64,000 bases of DNA from Eubacteriales bacterium (GTDB lineage Bacteria > Bacillota > Clostridia > Oscillospirales > CAG-272). A program made the position numbers and the translations under genes. Below the pieces are notes generated by a model. It was not told the origin of the DNA. It ran no database searches and was given only the letters and a program-made list of their open reading frames with translations. The stretch covers positions 128,222 through 192,221 of the forward strand of contig JAZOVF010000031.1 in NCBI GenBank assembly GCA_045658565.1, given 5' to 3'. Positions 59,806-64,000 of this stretch are shown piece by piece. How positions within the stretch are numbered: position 1 is the first letter of the stretch; each line of letters opens with the position of its first letter.

Positions 59806-60021
59806 CCTGCGTGGTGCGTGATATTGTGATATTTGAACCTACACACTTTGCTAGGGAGTCCGGATAAACTTCTGCTATCGGGATGCAGGCCTCCCGCCGA
59901 GGGCGCTTACCTTAAATGGTGACCCCCTCTTAAGCGGACGTTGGAAGCGCAATGAAGCAGAGAGGACACCCACCTGGATTTACCGGGTTAAAACTTTTAC
60001 TTTACACGGCCTCGCGGGTTC
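59806..60021 (+). ncRNA. candidate structured leader / cis-regulatory RNA upstream of the P-type ATPase (class not identified)
   Basis: Closing helix 59806-59814 with 60010-60018. Internal helices lie at 59859-59883, 59918-59930/59961-59970 and 59973-59987. A terminator follows directly. Confidence 0.4.
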
Positions 60022-60024
60022 TAT

Positions 60025-60058
60025 AAAAAAGCACTCATTTTTTGTGAGTGCTTTTTTC
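60025..60058 (+). terminator. intrinsic terminator / attenuator 70 nt before the ATPase start
   Basis: Stem AGCACTCA/TGAGTGCT followed by T6. Confidence 0.8.
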
Positions 60059-60129
60059 ATTTTGTCTATTTGTTTTGCATATATTCATATAAGCCATTGT
60101 TTTGGATAATAAAAAACGCGAGGTTGTAT

Positions 60130-62715
60130 ATGAAGGAAGCAATAAGAGGACTTACCTCTGCCGAGGTAGAGCGGTCAAAAGAAAAATACGGAGATAATAG
60201 GCTGAAAAGGATAAAGGGAAAGAGCTTTTTTAAAAGATTTTTTGAAAATCTTTCTGACCCTATTATCAGGATTTTGCTTATGGCCTTGGTGTTAGAGGTA
60301 GTTGTTACTTTAGGAAACTGCAACTATTTTGAAATCTTCGGTATTGTTATTGCGATACTTATATCAACTACCGTCTCTACCGTTTCTGAACACAGAAGTG
60401 AACAGGCATTTGAAAAATTGAATGATGAGCAAAGCATCCTTGTTTCGGTGCTGCGTGATAATAAAATTGAAAAAATAGATAGCTCTGAAGTCGTTGTCGG
60501 TGATATTGTATATTTATCATCAGGAGATAAAATATGCGCTGACGGGGTGATAATATCGGGCAGAATTGCTGTTGACCAGTCTGCGCTTAACGGAGAAAGC
60601 ATAGAGTGTAAAAAAATGCCCGGTAATGATAGCGGATGGGATTTGTCATGTGAAAACCATGTTTTTCGCGGGTCGGTGATTACAGGCGGAAACGGAATTA
60701 TGAAAGTAGGCAGAGTTGGTGAAGCTACATATTACGGCATGGTTGCAAAGGATGTGCAGTCGGAAACCAGAGAAAGCCCCCTGAAGTTAAGGCTCGGAAA
60801 ACTTGCAGGACAAATAAGCCGTATTGGATATATTGTTGCTCTGCTTGTCGGAATCTGCTATCTGTTTTCTTCTATAGTTATGGATAACGGCTATTCTTGG
60901 GAGAAAATTATAGATTATATTAAGAATGTGCCAAAAATTTCTTCAACTCTTATTCATGCCTTGACCTTAATGATAACCGTAGTTGTTGTTGCTGCTCCGG
61001 AGGGGTTGCCTATGATGATAACGGTGGTTCTTTCTGCTAATATGAAGAAAATGCTTTCAGAAAATATATTGGTAAAAAAGCTTGTTGGTATTGAAACAGC
61101 AGGGTCTTTAAACATTCTGTTTACCGATAAAACCGGCACACTTACCCATGGAAAAATGAAGCTCGACAGAATTATTACGGTTGACGGAGTGTATAAAAGC
61201 TCCGTAAGTCTTGAAAAAACAGGGAAATTATATAACCATCTTCTGCTTTCTGCAAGATACAACACCGATGTTTGCGGCAACGTAAAAAGCAGCTCCACGG
61301 GTAACGCAACAGACAAGGCGATATATTCCTTTTTTGAAGATAGTGACATCGTTTTTGCATCTGTGAAGGAGAAAACGTCGTTTAATAGTGAAAATAAGTT
61401 TTCATCCGTAACCCTTGATAACGGAATAACCTATATTAAAGGTGCGCCGGAGGTAGTTCTAAACGGCTGTAAGAGAGGAATTGATTCAAAGGGTGAAATT
61501 GCTGACATAGACTTTGCTCTTGTTGAATCCGAAAAGCGTTCTGCCGCCGCTCTTGGTGAGCGAATTATAGCAATTGCTATGAAGATTGGAAACTCCCATG
61601 AGCCAATATTCCTTGGCCTTGCGATATTAAAGGATAAAATCCGTAAAGGTGTCAAGGAGGCGGTAAAAGAGGTAACTCGTGCAGGAATACAGGTGGTAAT
61701 GGTTACAGGCGACGGCAAAGAAACAGCCATTAGCATTGCGGAGGAGTGCGGAGTAATGAACAGAGGGGCAGGTCATATTGCCCTGACAAGCGGAGAGCTT
61801 ATGAAAATGAGCGACGACGAGGTCAAAAATATTTTGCCAAAACTTAGGGTTCTTGCAAGAGCTTTGCCACAGGATAAAACTAGGCTGGTAAGACTTGCAC
61901 AGGAATTAGAGCTTGTTGCGGGAATGACAGGAGATGGTATAAATGATGCGCCTTCTTTAAAGCTTGCTGATGTTGGGTTCGGAATGGGCAGCGGTACAGA
62001 TATTGCAAAAAGTGCTGCTGACGTGGTAATTCTCGATGATAGCTTTTCAGCCATATCAAAAACAGTTCTTTACGGCAGAACGATTTTTAAATCCATAAGA
62101 AAATTTATTACATTCCAACTGATTATGAATCTTACCGCCTGCGGGGTATCGCTTGTAGGACAGTTTATCGGTATAGACACTCCTATTACCATAATCCAGA
62201 TGTTATGGATAAACATAATTATGGATACTCTCGGCGGTCTTGCCTTTGCTGGTGAGGCGCCTCTTGAATACTATATGCTGGAGCCTCCAAAGAGGAGAGA
62301 TGAGCCTATTCTATCCGGCGAAATGCTTAAGAGAATTTTTGTGCAGGGAGCTTTTTCTCTCGGAATATGTATTTTCTTTTTAACTTCGCCGGTTTTTAAA
62401 AGTTTTTATAACTATTATAGCTCCTCGGATGCATTCTTTACCGCCTTTTATGCATTGTTTGTTTTTATCGGACTGTCAAACTGTCTAGGTGCAAGGTCAG
62501 AGAGGCTGTGGCTGTTTTCCAACATTTCAAAAAACAGACTGTTTATTATCATCTTGTTTTTCATATCTGTAATACAAATATTTATGATTTATCAGGGAGG
62601 CGTGCTATTCAGGTGCGTTCCGCTAACACTCGGAGAATTATGGTTTGCGCTTTCGCTTTCTCTTTCGGTGTTGCCGTTTGATGTTGTGAGAAGAATTGTA
62701 GAAAAGCTGAAATAA
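60130..62715 (+). CDS. cation-translocating P-type ATPase (P2 type, Ca2+-ATPase/PacL-like)
   Basis: PEGLP in TM4, DKTGTLTHG, MVTGDG and TGDGINDAPSL motifs. ATG at 60130 follows GAGGT. Confidence 0.88.
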   Translation: MKEAIRGLTSAEVERSKEKYGDNRLKRIKGKSFFKRFFENLSDPIIRILLMALVLEVVVTLGNCNYFEIFGIVIAILISTTVSTVSEHRSEQAFEKLNDEQSILVSVLRDNKIEKIDSSEVVVGDIVYLSSGDKICADGVIISGRIAVDQSALNGESIECKKMPGNDSGWDLSCENHVFRGSVITGGNGIMKVGRVGEATYYGMVAKDVQSETRESPLKLRLGKLAGQISRIGYIVALLVGICYLFSSIVMDNGYSWEKIIDYIKNVPKISSTLIHALTLMITVVVVAAPEGLPMMITVVLSANMKKMLSENILVKKLVGIETAGSLNILFTDKTGTLTHGKMKLDRIITVDGVYKSSVSLEKTGKLYNHLLLSARYNTDVCGNVKSSSTGNATDKAIYSFFEDSDIVFASVKEKTSFNSENKFSSVTLDNGITYIKGAPEVVLNGCKRGIDSKGEIADIDFALVESEKRSAAALGERIIAIAMKIGNSHEPIFLGLAILKDKIRKGVKEAVKEVTRAGIQVVMVTGDGKETAISIAEECGVMNRGAGHIALTSGELMKMSDDEVKNILPKLRVLARALPQDKTRLVRLAQELELVAGMTGDGINDAPSLKLADVGFGMGSGTDIAKSAADVVILDDSFSAISKTVLYGRTIFKSIRKFITFQLIMNLTACGVSLVGQFIGIDTPITIIQMLWINIIMDTLGGLAFAGEAPLEYYMLEPPKRRDEPILSGEMLKRIFVQGAFSLGICIFFLTSPVFKSFYNYYSSSDAFFTAFYALFVFIGLSNCLGARSERLWLFSNISKNRLFIIILFFISVIQIFMIYQGGVLFRCVPLTLGELWFALSLSLSVLPFDVVRRIVEKLK

Positions 62716-62728
62716 TAGCTGATAATTC

Positions 62729-62757
62729 TTGAAAATATGTTTTTGCGGTGATATAAT
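62729..62757 (+). promoter_or_regulatory. near-consensus extended -10 sigma-A promoter with no intact gene downstream
   Basis: TTGAAA, a 17-nt spacer, then TGaTATAAT. Confidence 0.55.
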
Positions 62758-62858
62758 TATATAAAAATACTGCGTTGTCTTTGTTAAGGATTTTTTGATT
62801 TTCATGTTGACTTTTTATGCATAATATTTATATCAACAAATAAGGAGAAAGCAAGCTA

Positions 62859-62981
62859 ATTGACCTTGAAAATGACTCGACAACTGAAATAACCTATGAT
62901 TAAAAGATTGATTTTATTGCCGCGTGCATCTTAAAGCAATATCGAGCCGCCTTTGAGGAGCTTGCAAAAAATAACAGTTAA
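62859..62981 (+). pseudogene. possible decayed small ORF (no canonical start, one in-frame TAA)
   Basis: AAGGAG lies at 62842-62847. The frame then reads IDLENDSTTEITYD*KIDFIAACILKQYRAAFEELAKNNS*. Confidence 0.3.
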
Positions 62982-63011
62982 CACCTCATCAGTTACTCTG
63001 TGACAATTTCC
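62979..63011 (+). repeat. second copy of the 33-nt stop-codon-abutting element
   Basis: TAACACCTCATCAGTTACTCTGTGACAATTTCC matches the reverse complement of 40097-40129 at 29/33 positions. Confidence 0.55.
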
Positions 63012-63035
63012 GCTCAAAGGGGAAGTCTAATATTA

Positions 63036-63075
63036 AGAAAACCACACCGTTTGGGAAAATCCCTTGCGGTGTGGC
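63036..63075 (-). terminator. intrinsic terminator of the hydrogenase gene
   Basis: Stem CCACACCG/CGGTGTGG, followed by TTTTCTT on the minus strand. Confidence 0.75.
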
Positions 63076-63096
63076 TCTATTTTATTCAGTTAAGAA

Positions 63097-64000
63097 TTAG
63101 AAGTTATACTTCTTTCTTCCAGTGTAGGAAGTGTGGAGAGCGTGGTGAGCTGCGTGACAGCCGTAACCGCCCTTGAAGTAGTTATCGTAAACTTCCTTGA
63201 TGGTGGGGTTGAGGTGAGACTTTCTCATCTCCATAGCCTTATCCTGGTCGTAGAGAGCCTTTGCTCTTACAGCCTTAAGGTCAACAGTATCTCTTACGTA
63301 CTGAGGCTGGATAGGCTGACCGCCGCCGTTTACGCAACCGCCGGGACAACCCATGATCTCAACAAAGGTCCAATCAGCTTCGCCGGAAGCGATCTTGTCC
63401 ATAACGATCTTGGCATTTGCAGCACCGGATGCAACGCAAACCTTAATATCCATACCAGCGATATTGTAGGTAGCTTCCTTAAGGCCTGCAGTTCCTCTGA
63501 CCTCTGTGAAGTCAAGCTCCTTGTTATCCTTGCCGGTGAGAACGTCATTTGCGGTACGGAGAGCAGCCTCCATAACGCCGCCGGTAGCACCGAAGATAAC
63601 TGCAGCACCGGTGTCAACACCGAATGCGGGATCAAAGTCCTCATCGGGAAGGGCAGTGAACTTAAGGCCGGCACGGCTAATCATTCTTGCAAGCTCACGG
63701 GTGGTGAGAGCAACGTCAACGTCAGCGATGCCTTCGCCTGCTGCGGACATATCGTCTCTTCCTACCTCAAACTTCTTAGCGGTACAGGGCATGATAGAAA
63801 CTACAAATACATCCTTTGCATCATAGCCCATCTTGTCAGCCCAGTAGGTCTTAAGAAGCGCGCCGCCCATCTGCTGGGGAGACTTGCAGGAGGAAAGATG
63901 CTTTGTGAATTCAGGGTAGTAGTACTCGCAGAACTTAACCCATCCGGGAGAGCAGGATGTAATCATAGGAAGAGTGCCGCCGTTCTTAACTCTTTCGAGA
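63097..64000 (-). CDS. [FeFe]-hydrogenase, C-terminal H-cluster domain; 5' part outside window
   Basis: Frame is open to the window edge (...LERVKNGGTLPMITSCSPGW). L2 motif is MPCTAKKFE and L3 motif is EIMGCPGGCVNGGGQP. Confidence 0.9.
   Translation of the reverse strand, partial: LERVKNGGTLPMITSCSPGWVKFCEYYYPEFTKHLSSCKSPQQMGGALLKTYWADKMGYDAKDVFVVSIMPCTAKKFEVGRDDMSAAGEGIADVDVALTTRELARMISRAGLKFTALPDEDFDPAFGVDTGAAVIFGATGGVMEAALRTANDVLTGKDNKELDFTEVRGTAGLKEATYNIAGMDIKVCVASGAANAKIVMDKIASGEADWTFVEIMGCPGGCVNGGGQPIQPQYVRDTVDLKAVRAKALYDQDKAMEMRKSHLNPTIKEVYDNYFKGGYGCHAAHHALHTSYTGRKKYNF

Noticed and set aside
59817-59831. Tandem GTGATAT-T-GTGATAT direct repeat at the start of the leader, considered as a protein operator.
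   Set aside because: It is a single occurrence, short and AT-rich. It cannot be distinguished from chance, and I treat it as part of the candidate RNA.
59806-60021. Assigning the ATPase leader to a known riboswitch class (M-box, yybP-ykoY or TPP).
   Set aside because: Only short partial matches exist, for example ACCCACCUGGAUUUACCGGG versus the TPP 3' half. There is no CUGAGA, and no UAGGUGAGGC or GGGGAGUAG core. I cannot support a class call by eye, so I report it as unclassified.
40097-63011. The two inverted 33-nt repeats read as terminal inverted repeats of a 23-kb composite element.
   Set aside because: The interval holds core housekeeping genes (tRNA-Leu, lepA, hemW, pgcA, fakAB) and no transposase or integrase. 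I saw no target-site duplication. More likely these are two copies of a dispersed short element.

Overview
This window looks like a mostly housekeeping chromosomal segment of a spore-forming Firmicute. It is a class Clostridia-type gene set, and the finer taxon cannot be verified from here. I can support about 55 protein genes and one tRNA.

Main content, in order:
- 3' part of a heavy-metal P1B ATPase, smpB, spoIIR
- a complete seven-gene arginine operon, argG-argH-argC-argJ-argB-argD-argF (minus strand, 2.6-10.5 kb), with a consensus promoter and ARG-box-like operators
- gpsA and an acyl-ACP thioesterase
- a thioredoxin plus mini-FTR-like pair
- a large membrane protein with a uL15-like tail
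- two RluA-family pseudouridine synthases, an AlaX-like editing protein, dCMP deaminase and a PflX-like radical SAM protein
- potABCD
- an M50-like protease and a 1139-aa LRR/Flg_new lipoprotein
- a degenerate BirA-like protein, proS, an aminotransferase, a YitT-family protein and ligA
- an orphan type IIA topoisomerase B subunit and gpmI
- an LRR gene fragment, an alpha/beta hydrolase and a PlsC-like [15 protein letters not shown]
- a polyprenol-kinase/DUF92 fusion, an alpha/beta SASP, a GNAT and a DUF11 protein
- a TIM-barrel/HD/flavin-reductase trio, fakB-fakA and tRNA-Leu(CAA)
- pgcA, lepA-hemW, a DUF1292 protein, a P2-type cation ATPase and the 3' part of an [FeFe]-hydrogenase

I saw no CRISPR array, transposase, integrase, prophage, or recognisable toxin-antitoxin or defence genes. 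I also cannot point to a clear new multi-gene system.

The items most worth a second look are non-coding or domain-level:
- a ~210-nt structured leader with a terminator in front of the P-type ATPase
- a 33-nt element that abuts the stop codon of two different ORFs
- tandem hairpin-TCATAAC modules in the gpmI 3' UTR
- a GTAG-type REPIN-like inverted pair inside an unusually long 600-bp structured spacer
- the membrane protein with a ribosomal uL15-like cytoplasmic tail
- the translationally coupled Trx/mini-FTRc pair
- the two-kinase (COG0170 + DUF92) fusion

All motif assignments come from reading the translations by eye. No database search was possible.
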